Positions 56,434-64,000 of a stretch of 64,000 bases of DNA are shown one piece after another. The DNA comes from Candidatus Omnitrophota bacterium (GTDB taxonomy: Bacteria; Omnitrophota; Gorgyraeia; 2-02-FULL-51-18). The notes under the pieces were generated by a model. The model was not told where the DNA came from. It did not search any database and saw only the letters and a list, made by a program, of their open reading frames with translations. The stretch spans positions 2,641 to 66,640 of the forward strand of contig CAMDWQ010000011.1 of assembly GCA_945877765.1 (NCBI GenBank), given 5' to 3'. The position numbers and the translations under genes were made by a program. Each line of letters opens with the position of its first letter. Within the stretch, counting starts at the first letter, position 1.

Positions 56434-56846
56434 TGAATGGCTAGGTAGAAATGAAGTATCCCTAACGATAAAAACCAGAATAGAACTAGCCAATCCCCGC
56501 GCCTTTTACCAAGGTAGAGTTGAGTGAACGCTCGAATGACCCACCAAAGAGCAATCCATAAACAGACGATGGGGCGATAAGCCTGATCCCGCCAAATAGG
56601 CCATATTAAGTTGAGGATGCCGATAGTAACAATCGTGTAGCTTACGGAGTGATTCATCACCCATGCGATACCACGCGCGTCTGCCCGGGTCGTATTGTAG
56701 GAGAATCCAAAAAGACGAAAAGGTTTAAGGGCTGGTCCTTCTTTGGGAATAGCATGGTCAAAATCCAGAAGATAAGGCAGGAAGAAGTGAATCGTTCCCA
56801 GGGTGATCGTATATAAACCTACTATAAAAATTAGGATATCAATCAT
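56430..56846 (-). CDS. hypothetical 4-TM membrane protein
   Basis: 138-aa hydrophobic ORF overlapping the previous gene by 4 nt. Confidence 0.4.
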   Translation of the reverse strand: MIDILIFIVGLYTITLGTIHFFLPYLLDFDHAIPKEGPALKPFRLFGFSYNTTRADARGIAWVMNHSVSYTIVTIGILNLIWPIWRDQAYRPIVCLWIALWWVIRAFTQLYLGKRRGDWLVLFWFLSLGILHFYLAIQ

Positions 56847-57013
56847 TAAAGTATTCTAACGCCTGGGATATGAAAAAACCAAAGAAAGCTTATGGGTCAG
56901 GAACTCTTTGAAACTCTTGCCATTATTGATAAAATCTGGGTACATAAATTGACGGAGTGTCTGGTAGAAAAAAACTTTTGAAGTAAGCTAACGGATTTGA
57001 GAGAAGTATATCC

Positions 57014-57745
57014 ATGAAAGAAATCATTGTTTTGCAGCACATCGCTTGTGAAGGGCCTGGAATGGTCGCGGAAGCATTGAAGCAAAAAAGCTTTACAATA
57101 CGCATCATTCGTTCTGACGAAGGGCAGGACGTGCCTAAGGAAATCGGACAGGCGGCGGGACTCGTCGTGATGGGAGGGCCGATGGGCGTTTACGAAGAGG
57201 CGAAATACCCATTTTTGACGGCGGAGATGAAACTCATTAAAAATGCCGTGAAAGCAGGAAAGCCGGTGCTTGGTATTTGTTTGGGGAGCCAACTCATCGC
57301 AAAAGCTCTCGGAGCGCAAGTGAAGAAGGGGCCCAAAAAAGAAATCGGCTGGTATCCGGTTCGCTTATCGGCAGCCGGTGCGGCGGATCCGGTGATGGGC
57401 AAGGCGCCGTGTGAATTTATGGCGCTGCATTGGCATGGCGATATTTTTGATTTACCGCCAGGAGCGGAACTTCTGGCTTCTTCGGATTTCACCGCGCATC
57501 AAGCGTTTAGGGTCGGTCAGAATGTGTATGGAATTTTGTTTCATATGGAAATCACGGCGCCGATGCTTCGGGAATGGACGAAAAATTTCTCGGACGAGTT
57601 GGTGGCGGAGAGCCTCAACGGCACACCAATTTTGGCTGAAGCCGAAACTCATTTAGAAGCCCTTCATGCCGTAGGACGCGCCGTTTTTGGAGCCTGGGCA
57701 CTTAGAACAGAATTCGGGTTAGGGCGTGCAGTGCATTTGGTATAA
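57014..57745 (+). CDS. class I glutamine amidotransferase-like protein
   Basis: GICLGSQLIA (nucleophile elbow Cys) and HWHGD...FHME(I) triad histidines. Confidence 0.75.
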   Translation: MKEIIVLQHIACEGPGMVAEALKQKSFTIRIIRSDEGQDVPKEIGQAAGLVVMGGPMGVYEEAKYPFLTAEMKLIKNAVKAGKPVLGICLGSQLIAKALGAQVKKGPKKEIGWYPVRLSAAGAADPVMGKAPCEFMALHWHGDIFDLPPGAELLASSDFTAHQAFRVGQNVYGILFHMEITAPMLREWTKNFSDELVAESLNGTPILAEAETHLEALHAVGRAVFGAWALRTEFGLGRAVHLV

Positions 57746-57793
57746 TAAAAAAGTTCGGCTGACCAACATCAACCATTTAGCGAGAACCAATCG

Positions 57794-58180
57794 ATGAAAA
57801 AAACTTTATTCTTTGTTTTGTTGACCAGTTTTTTGGCAATATCTACCGTTTATGCCGGCGGCCGCAGAATGGGAGATATGCCGGCTCCGCGGCTTCTGTC
57901 GCCTGGTGATCGAGTTGAAATAGGAGCTAGCGACGGACAGGTGGAGTTTCGCTGGGGCAATGAGAGCGGCGGCAATTTTGACCATTACGATTTCCGCTTA
58001 TATCGGGGGACCCAGACTTACGAAAAGGGCCTGATGCTTCAGAAAGACGTGCCGGCGGGTGTCACCTCCATCCGATTAGATAACACTCTTTTTGAAAAGG
58101 GGCAGTCTTACGCGTGGTCCTTGCGCTATATAGGATCCCGAAAGAGCAATTCTTCTTATTCGATCTTTACGGTTTCCTAA
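57794..58180 (+). CDS. hypothetical secreted protein
   Basis: Signal peptide MKKTLFFVLLTSFLAISTVYA; no recognisable domain. Confidence 0.4.
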   Translation: MKKTLFFVLLTSFLAISTVYAGGRRMGDMPAPRLLSPGDRVEIGASDGQVEFRWGNESGGNFDHYDFRLYRGTQTYEKGLMLQKDVPAGVTSIRLDNTLFEKGQSYAWSLRYIGSRKSNSSYSIFTVS

Positions 58181-58268
58181 AATCCTGCCGCTCACGATTT
58201 TACCTAGCTAACTTGTAAATGGGCCTCAGTCTAGCGGGGAAGAATATGCTCACAGAATCCTGGGGATC

Positions 58269-58292
58269 CTGGGACACGTACCTAATTTAGCG
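58269..58292. repeat. MITE fragment (GGGACACGTACC left arm only)
   Basis: ctgggacacgtacctaatttagcg. Confidence 0.4.
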
Positions 58293-58322
58293 ATCATAGG
58301 AACTATCTACTGAAAGGAAAAT

Positions 58323-58898
58323 ATGGCCACACGAAATAAAGTTCGCTGCGCATGGGTGGGGATGGACAAGCCGCTCTATGTGGAGTATCACGACAGAGAG
58401 TGGGGCGTGCCTGTGCACGAGGAGGCCAAGCACTTTGAGTTTTTGATTTTGGAAGGCGCGCAAGCGGGTCTTAGTTGGTATACGATTTTAAGCCGGCGTG
58501 AAGGTTATCGGAAGGCATTTAAGAATTTTGATGCCCGTCAATTGGCGAAGGTGACCGATGCTTATTTGGAAAAACAGTTGAAAAATCCGAATATTATTCG
58601 CAACCGGCTAAAGGTTTATGCGGCACGGAAAAATGCGCAAGTATTTCTGGCGATCCAGAAAGAGTTTGGCAGCTTTGACAAGTACATCTGGTCATTTGTA
58701 GGCGGAAAGCCCTTAGCCAACAAACCAAAGAGCTTGAGGGAGATCCCCGCGACAACACCCGAAAGCGATGCGCTCTCCAAAGACCTTAAGAAGCGAGGCA
58801 TGTCGTTTGTGGGTTCCACGATCATGTATGCGCACATGCAGGCAACTGGTCTTGTCAACGACCACACCGTGGACTGCTGGTGTTATCGCGCTAGATGA
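58323..58898 (+). CDS. tag: DNA-3-methyladenine glycosylase I
   Basis: RCAWVGMDKPLYVEYHDREWGVPVHEEAKHFEFLILEGAQAGLSWYTIL and a C-terminal Zn site (C...H...DHTVDCWCY). Confidence 0.85.
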   Translation: MATRNKVRCAWVGMDKPLYVEYHDREWGVPVHEEAKHFEFLILEGAQAGLSWYTILSRREGYRKAFKNFDARQLAKVTDAYLEKQLKNPNIIRNRLKVYAARKNAQVFLAIQKEFGSFDKYIWSFVGGKPLANKPKSLREIPATTPESDALSKDLKKRGMSFVGSTIMYAHMQATGLVNDHTVDCWCYRAR

Positions 58899-58906
58899 GA
58901 ATTAAT

Positions 58907-59635
58907 TTATTCGTAACGGATATCATCTAGGTAGAAAGTAGCGCCCTCAGGGTTTCCGTCGAGATTACCCGCCCAGCAAAAACCTCCGCTGATTGATGTG
59001 AGATCCTTACCTTCGAGGCTGATTTCGTATTTTGTCCATTCCGTTGTCAGGATGACGGGGCCGATACCTGCGACGTCAGAGTCCGGATATTCGCCGGTGA
59101 TACCGCCGATTTTGAATTCTTCAATTCTTTCGCCGCCTTTTTCACCACGGGCCCAGAAAGTAAGCTTCGAAGCGCCAGTGAGATCGAAGCCTCCAGGACG
59201 TGTTCCCCAATTGTTGGGAGGATTTTGCCAATAAATACCCGCCCAGCGCGCGCCTTGAGTGGCTTTGTTGGAATAGACGATCTGGATGGAAGTGGTTCCG
59301 CTATGGGGGTTGGTAAGAAACTTATCATTGATTTTTAAATCCCCATAATCACCCATCCACCCGGAAGGCGCAAAATGATTGTCGGGAGATTTGCCGTCTC
59401 CATAAATAGAAAAATATTTTCCATTACCAAAAGAGAGCTTATTCGCTGTCTTGGTGGTTTCTGCCGCTGGCTGAACAACCGCGGGAGTTGAGTCGGTAGC
59501 CGTTGCTGCAGGGGACGACTCATCGTAGGCGGTGTCTACTTTGGATGTACTTTGTTCCGAGCAGCCAGAGACAAATGCCGCAAGGGCAATCAACGGCAAT
59601 AAGAAATAAAATTGATGGGAGCGGGTCACAGTCAT
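58907..59635 (-). CDS. hypothetical lipoprotein
   Basis: Lipobox LAAFVSGC; Gly/Trp-rich beta-type sequence; no recognisable family. Confidence 0.4.
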   Translation of the reverse strand: MTVTRSHQFYFLLPLIALAAFVSGCSEQSTSKVDTAYDESSPAATATDSTPAVVQPAAETTKTANKLSFGNGKYFSIYGDGKSPDNHFAPSGWMGDYGDLKINDKFLTNPHSGTTSIQIVYSNKATQGARWAGIYWQNPPNNWGTRPGGFDLTGASKLTFWARGEKGGERIEEFKIGGITGEYPDSDVAGIGPVILTTEWTKYEISLEGKDLTSISGGFCWAGNLDGNPEGATFYLDDIRYE

Positions 59636-59812
59636 TCTCCTTAAGTTGTGGTTTTGCCGGACAAATCTACACATTAAATCAGCCTATACTCTCTAGTGCG
59701 CATTATCAAGGTAATTTCCCGCAAACTGCCTATCACTGCATCATTGATTAATCTCGCTCAACATTTAAAGAAGTTGCTGTATAATTGAAACAATATTGAG
59801 CGTAAGCCAATT

Positions 59813-60367
59813 TTAGACGGGCAGGATTCTTGCCAGCTGCGTGAAGCGGTAGAAATGGAAAAGAAAAGACTCAAACTCAGCACCGGTTTTGGCGGGCGTC
59901 AAAACGAGCGTATTATTGTCAAAAAAAGCGATACGGTCGTTCATTTGAAAAGAGCAGATGGCGTGACCCGAGTTTCCTGAGTGAATAGCCAAAACAACAG
60001 GTTTGTAGCCCAATAATTTCAAGACAGCGCTGTTTAGCGATGAATAATCTTTGCAGTCGCCAAAGCGCTGGGAAAATACTTCGGCTGGCTTGAGCTGTCC
60101 GTTGGTCGGATCGATTTTATAAAGCACATTTTTTTTAAGCCATAAGGCGTAATCATCAAGTTTATATATTCCATTGACGGCTAATAAATCAGAAATTTTT
60201 TGACTGTTGTCTGCAGGTTTTGAAGACCAGACACCGTTCTCATGCGTGACTAAGTGGGAAACTAATCCCGCACCGGGCTGTGCCGGCGTCTCAGGAAATG
60301 CAAACGCGTTTTGCGTCAGTAGAAGAAATAAAATAAAAGCGGTGGATTTAGTAAAGAGAAGTTTCAT
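59813..60367 (-). CDS. transglutaminase-like cysteine peptidase (BTLCP family)
   Basis: Signal peptide, then QRFGDCKDYSSL (GDC.DYA-type catalytic Cys) and ...LAIHSGNSGHAICSF (His). Confidence 0.6.
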   Translation of the reverse strand: MKLLFTKSTAFILFLLLTQNAFAFPETPAQPGAGLVSHLVTHENGVWSSKPADNSQKISDLLAVNGIYKLDDYALWLKKNVLYKIDPTNGQLKPAEVFSQRFGDCKDYSSLNSAVLKLLGYKPVVLAIHSGNSGHAICSFQMNDRIAFFDNNTLVLTPAKTGAEFESFLFHFYRFTQLARILPV

Positions 60368-60533
60368 GCTTTCATTATAGGAGCGTTTTAGCAGCGGGTA
60401 AAGCGGTGGATAGCAGAAAAACGGTTTTATTTTTTCGAAGACAAGCACAATACAAGGCATTTAGGTAGTAGGCATCTTATTTATAATAAAGTAGACTTTT
60501 CTTTCTAAATCTAAGTCAGCGGAGATTTTTCCA

Positions 60534-61343
60534 ATGAAATTTTGGCGGATTGTTTTTTTTAGTGCTCTCCTTGCTCTGTGTCTCCCAGGCATTCTCTTAG
60601 CGGACACGCTTTATCTTAAAAATGGCAATGTGGTCAAAGGTTTTGTAGAGAAAGAGACTTCGGATTCTATCGAATTTATTTTGGGCGACGGCCTCATTGT
60701 CTTTTCAAAAAATGAAATTTCACGCCTAGTGAAGTCTGATGCCCAGGAGACTGAAAAAATTTGGGACGAATGGGGCCAAAACAAAAAAGAGGCCCAGGAG
60801 CGCCGGCCCGAAGAGGAGAGGATCCTAAAGGAAAGAGAAGTCCAGAGGGAGAGGGAAGAAGCGCTTCGAAAGCAAAACGAAGAATTCGCTCCCCGTGAAA
60901 TCCACGGTTCTACAAAGGGCGGTCATTTTTATGTGAATGCAGTTCTTAACGGTAAGGAGCGTGTGAAGTTAATTGTGGATTCCGGCGCCAGCTATGTGAC
61001 CCTGTCAGCAGATGTTGCCAAGCGCCTGCATATTGATACCTTTGGATTAAAAAAACAAAAAACGCTTGTGGCTGACGGCCGCATGGTGGAGGTTTCAGAG
61101 GGCCAGCTTAAAAGCATAGAAGTCTTGGACGGAGATTCGGGGAACCCGGGGGTGTGGGCCACCAACGTGCCTGTTTGGTTCATCCCGAAGCTGCACGACG
61201 TTTTGCCGGAAGCCGCGGATAAGATTGGAGTCCAGGAGGATGGGCTTTTGGGTATGTCCTTTATCAATCGGTTTGCGGTACAGCTGGATTATCAGGGTGG
61301 GAAAATTATTTTTCAAAAGAAAAAGGCCGCCACTTCAAAATGA
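60534..61343 (+). CDS. retropepsin-like aspartic peptidase with coiled-coil linker
   Basis: Signal peptide, Glu/Arg-rich coiled-coil segment, then VKLIVDSGASYVTLSADVAKRL (D[ST]GA clan-AA signature). Confidence 0.6.
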   Translation: MKFWRIVFFSALLALCLPGILLADTLYLKNGNVVKGFVEKETSDSIEFILGDGLIVFSKNEISRLVKSDAQETEKIWDEWGQNKKEAQERRPEEERILKEREVQREREEALRKQNEEFAPREIHGSTKGGHFYVNAVLNGKERVKLIVDSGASYVTLSADVAKRLHIDTFGLKKQKTLVADGRMVEVSEGQLKSIEVLDGDSGNPGVWATNVPVWFIPKLHDVLPEAADKIGVQEDGLLGMSFINRFAVQLDYQGGKIIFQKKKAATSK

Positions 61344-61792
61344 CTCAAATTTATGTCGACTCCGATGCCTGCCCCGTCAAACCTGAAGTGATTCGCGTGG
61401 CCAAGCGCTATGAGCTGGCCGTGACATTTGTTTCCAATTCGTGGATGAAGCTTCCCCAGGAGTGGGAAGCGAAGCTGGTAGTTGTCGAGGGAGATTTTGA
61501 CGCGGCCGACAATTGGATTGTGGAACATGTGGTAAAAAACGATATTGTGGTGACCGGCGATATTCCCCTGGTGCATCGCTGCATGAAGAACGGGGCGCGC
61601 GTGATCGGGCACCAAGGCAATCTTTTTACGGATGAAAATATAGGCAACCTTTTGGCGACTCGCGATTTGATGCACGTACTGCGCGGCGCGGGCGAAATTT
61701 CGGGTGGACCGGCTCCTTTTCGAAAAGAAGACCGGTCGCGGTTTCTCCAAGGGCTTGATCAGATGATTCAAGATATCAAAAAAAATGCTTAG
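61340..61792 (+). CDS. YaiI/YqgE-like UPF0178 (DUF188) protein
   Basis: MTQIYVDSDACPVKPEVIRVAKRY...VVTGDIPL is the UPF0178 signature. Confidence 0.75.
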   Translation: MTQIYVDSDACPVKPEVIRVAKRYELAVTFVSNSWMKLPQEWEAKLVVVEGDFDAADNWIVEHVVKNDIVVTGDIPLVHRCMKNGARVIGHQGNLFTDENIGNLLATRDLMHVLRGAGEISGGPAPFRKEDRSRFLQGLDQMIQDIKKNA

Positions 61793-63662
61793 AAACTCAG
61801 TGAAGAACGCTCTTGAATCGGTTAGAAAAAATAAAAGCAGTCTCATCGCAGTTTTCACGCTTTTGATGATTGCTGCCTATCTGTGTTTACGCTTTATTTT
61901 CCGCTCGGCAATAAATACCTGTCATCTTCCCCTACTAAGTGCTTTATTTTTAGGAGGAACGCCTCTTTTATATGGAGTCTTAAAAAAACTATTCAACCGT
62001 GATTTTGGCGCGGATCTTTTAGCGGGGATCGCGATTGTCACCTCTGTCCTTTTGGGAGAATACCTGGCGGGCGCCATTGTGGTACTGATGCTTTCCGGAG
62101 GAAATGCACTCGAAATGGTTGCGGTTGCAAATGCGTCCTCCGTTTTAAAAGCACTTGCCAAACGCATGCCTTCCATCGCTCACCGCCGGCGAGGCTCGGA
62201 AGTCGTTGAAATCGGCGTCAATCATATTGCGATTGGCGATACGCTGCTTATTTTTCCTCACGAAATCTGCCCGGTGGATGGAATTGTGGTGGAGGGGCAT
62301 GGGGTGATGAATGAAGCATATTTGACCGGAGAGCCGTTTGAGATTGATAAGGCTCCCGGCACGGGTGTGATTTCAGGGGCTATCAATGGAAATACGGCGT
62401 TGACGATTACCGCCACAAAACTTAGCGTCGATTCGCGGTATGCCCAGATTATGGAAGTGATGAAGCTCTCGGAGCAAAACAAACCCCAATTGAGGCGCCT
62501 AGGGGATCAGCTGGGAGCTATCTATACTCCCGTTGCTTTGTCCCTGGCGGCGTTGTCGTGGATTTTTAGCGGGGAAGCCACTCGCTTTCTTGCGGTGCTT
62601 GTCGTGGCGACGCCGTGCCCGCTTTTGATTGGGATTCCCGTGGCGATTATCGGGTCTATTTCACTGGCGGCCCGACGAGGAATCGTGATCAAAAATCCTG
62701 CCATTCTTGAACAAATCGGAAAATGCGAAACCGCTATTTTTGACAAGACAGGCACGCTCACTTACGGAGAGCCTGAATTATCAGAAACGATTTGCGCTGT
62801 TGGCTTCACTAGTGGTGAGGTGTTGAGCCTTGCGGCGAGCCTTGAACGATACTCCAAGCATCCTCTTGGCCGTGCGATTACCGCGGCCGCGAAAAAAAAT
62901 GGCATTACGATTCTTGAAGCCTCTGAGATTCATGAGGTCCCGGGCGAAGGTCTCAAAGGGGTTGCCGATGGCCGAAGGATTCAAGTTATAGGACGCAATT
63001 TAGTGAATACAAGCAAGTGGCTGGGTTTAGAGCAACTACTTCCCAGCAAAGCAGGCCTAGAGTGCCTTGTGTTCATCAATGAAACCTATGCGGCTACCTT
63101 CAGCTTTCGAGATACGCCTCGCATCGAAAGCGTCCCTTTTATTAAGCATTTAGGTCCCAGCCACGAGCTGCATCGCAGTATTATTGTTTCAGGCGATCGA
63201 GCCTCCGAGGTAAATTATTTGGCGGCCAGGGTGGGCATCACGGAAGTTTACGCGGAAAAAAGCCCCGAAGAAAAACTCGTCATCGTCCAAGAAGAAACGC
63301 GTAAGGCCAAGACACTCTATGTAGGCGACGGCATCAATGACGCGCCCGCCTTGATGGCCGCGACGGTAGGTGTGGCGATCGGCCGAAACAGCGATGTTAC
63401 CAGTCAAGCGGCAGGAGCCGTCATCATGGATAGCTCGCTAACCAAGGTGGATGAGTTGATTCATATCGGCCGTCGGATGAGGACGATCGCTTTGCAGAGC
63501 GCGGTAGGAGGTATCACTTTAAGCCTCATCGGGATGATTTTTGCCGCCTCGGGTCATTTGAGTCCTGTTATGGGCGCAATTACCCAAGAAGCGATAGACC
63601 TGCTTGCAATTTTAAATGCTTTGCGTGCCGCTTTCCCACCAAAAGACCTCTCCGATTTTTAG
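61785..63662 (+). CDS. P1B-type heavy-metal-translocating ATPase (without N-terminal metal-binding domain)
   Basis: TGEP, CPC-type ATPCP in TM6, DKTGTLT phosphorylation site and GDGINDAPAL hinge. Confidence 0.85.
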   Translation: MLRNSVKNALESVRKNKSSLIAVFTLLMIAAYLCLRFIFRSAINTCHLPLLSALFLGGTPLLYGVLKKLFNRDFGADLLAGIAIVTSVLLGEYLAGAIVVLMLSGGNALEMVAVANASSVLKALAKRMPSIAHRRRGSEVVEIGVNHIAIGDTLLIFPHEICPVDGIVVEGHGVMNEAYLTGEPFEIDKAPGTGVISGAINGNTALTITATKLSVDSRYAQIMEVMKLSEQNKPQLRRLGDQLGAIYTPVALSLAALSWIFSGEATRFLAVLVVATPCPLLIGIPVAIIGSISLAARRGIVIKNPAILEQIGKCETAIFDKTGTLTYGEPELSETICAVGFTSGEVLSLAASLERYSKHPLGRAITAAAKKNGITILEASEIHEVPGEGLKGVADGRRIQVIGRNLVNTSKWLGLEQLLPSKAGLECLVFINETYAATFSFRDTPRIESVPFIKHLGPSHELHRSIIVSGDRASEVNYLAARVGITEVYAEKSPEEKLVIVQEETRKAKTLYVGDGINDAPALMAATVGVAIGRNSDVTSQAAGAVIMDSSLTKVDELIHIGRRMRTIALQSAVGGITLSLIGMIFAASGHLSPVMGAITQEAIDLLAILNALRAAFPPKDLSDF

Positions 63663-63687
63663 CCAGGTTACGGTATAGTCTACAAAC

Positions 63688-64000
63688 ATGGCATTAATCA
63701 GCATCCAAGAAGTCTCTCTGGCTCTGGGCGGCCCGCTTCTTTTTGACAATATCAGCCTCCAAGTAGAATCCGGCGAGCGTGTGGCACTTTTGGGCCGCAA
63801 TGGCGTAGGGAAAACCACGCTCATGAAAGTCATTGCCGGCCAGATGAAAATCGATCGCGGGGAAATCGGCTACCAAAAAGGGATTAAAGTCACGCATCTG
63901 CCTCAAGAAGTCCCGGCCGATATCACTGGGAACGTTTTTGATATTGTTCTTTCCGGTCTTCCTGATCAAGTCAAACTGCTGGGCGATTTCCATCATTTGA
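63688..64000 (+). CDS. ABC-F type ATP-binding protein, truncated by window end
   Basis: MALISIQEVSLALGGPLLFDNISLQVESGERVALLGRNGVGKTTLMKVIAGQ... with Walker A; runs off the window end. Confidence 0.7.
   Translation, partial: MALISIQEVSLALGGPLLFDNISLQVESGERVALLGRNGVGKTTLMKVIAGQMKIDRGEIGYQKGIKVTHLPQEVPADITGNVFDIVLSGLPDQVKLLGDFHHL

Noticed and set aside
56897-57319. 140-aa minus-strand ORF overlapping the start of the glutamine amidotransferase gene
   Set aside because: It overlaps a well-supported GATase1 frame and its upstream region; no domain recognised.

Overview
The first ~30.7 kb is a minus-strand housekeeping block (pheST with a dinD homologue between the two genes, rplT-rpmI-infC-thrS headed by a vapBC toxin-antitoxin pair, a flotillin gene, a tRNA cluster, split coaB/coaC, gmk, ndk) followed by the chromosomal origin neighbourhood: parAB with two parS palindromes, mnmG, yidC, yidD, rnpA, rpmH, dnaA, dnaN, a DUF721/DciA-like gene, gyrB and gyrA. 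gyrA carries a 447-aa intein with LAGLIDADG homing-endonuclease blocks at the active-site Tyr (AAMRY|C...HN|TEARL). rpmH has a 1-nt frameshift in this sequence. The core region contains a ~70-bp dyad-symmetric repeat family in nearly every intergenic gap (8 copies, one inserted in frame inside pheT), a GC-rich ~90-bp hairpin repeat next to tRNA genes, and a small mobile-DNA patch (REP-associated tyrosine transposase, IS transposase fragment). After tRNA-Glu (30636-30710) and a rho-independent terminator comes an ~18-kb accessory island (about 31-49 kb) of apparently lower GC, without an integrase. It holds BrnT/BrnA, a secreted PLD-family nuclease, two tandem ORF6N genes surrounded by palindromic fragments of themselves, a MazG-like gene, and a tightly coupled four-gene candidate defence operon (37490-47818): an 845-aa unknown protein, a NERD+SF1 (UvrD-like) helicase, a 1657-aa SF2 DEAH-type helicase with Zn-ribbons and a Cys-rich DUF1998-like tail, and a C5-cytosine methyltransferase. 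A Zn-ribbon candidate nuclease follows. Composition resembles Druantia type II and, less well, DISARM class 2, and could not be checked by homology search. Two MITE-like repeat families (GGGACACGTACC arms; a 177-bp element with ~35-bp terminal inverted repeats) decorate the island and re-encode the C-termini of neighbouring ORFs. The right end (49-64 kb) encodes membrane, protease, TPR, SRPBCC, GATase1, Tag, YaiI and P1B-ATPase genes and a 3'-partial ABC-F ATPase. No rRNA, CRISPR array or prophage integrase was found.
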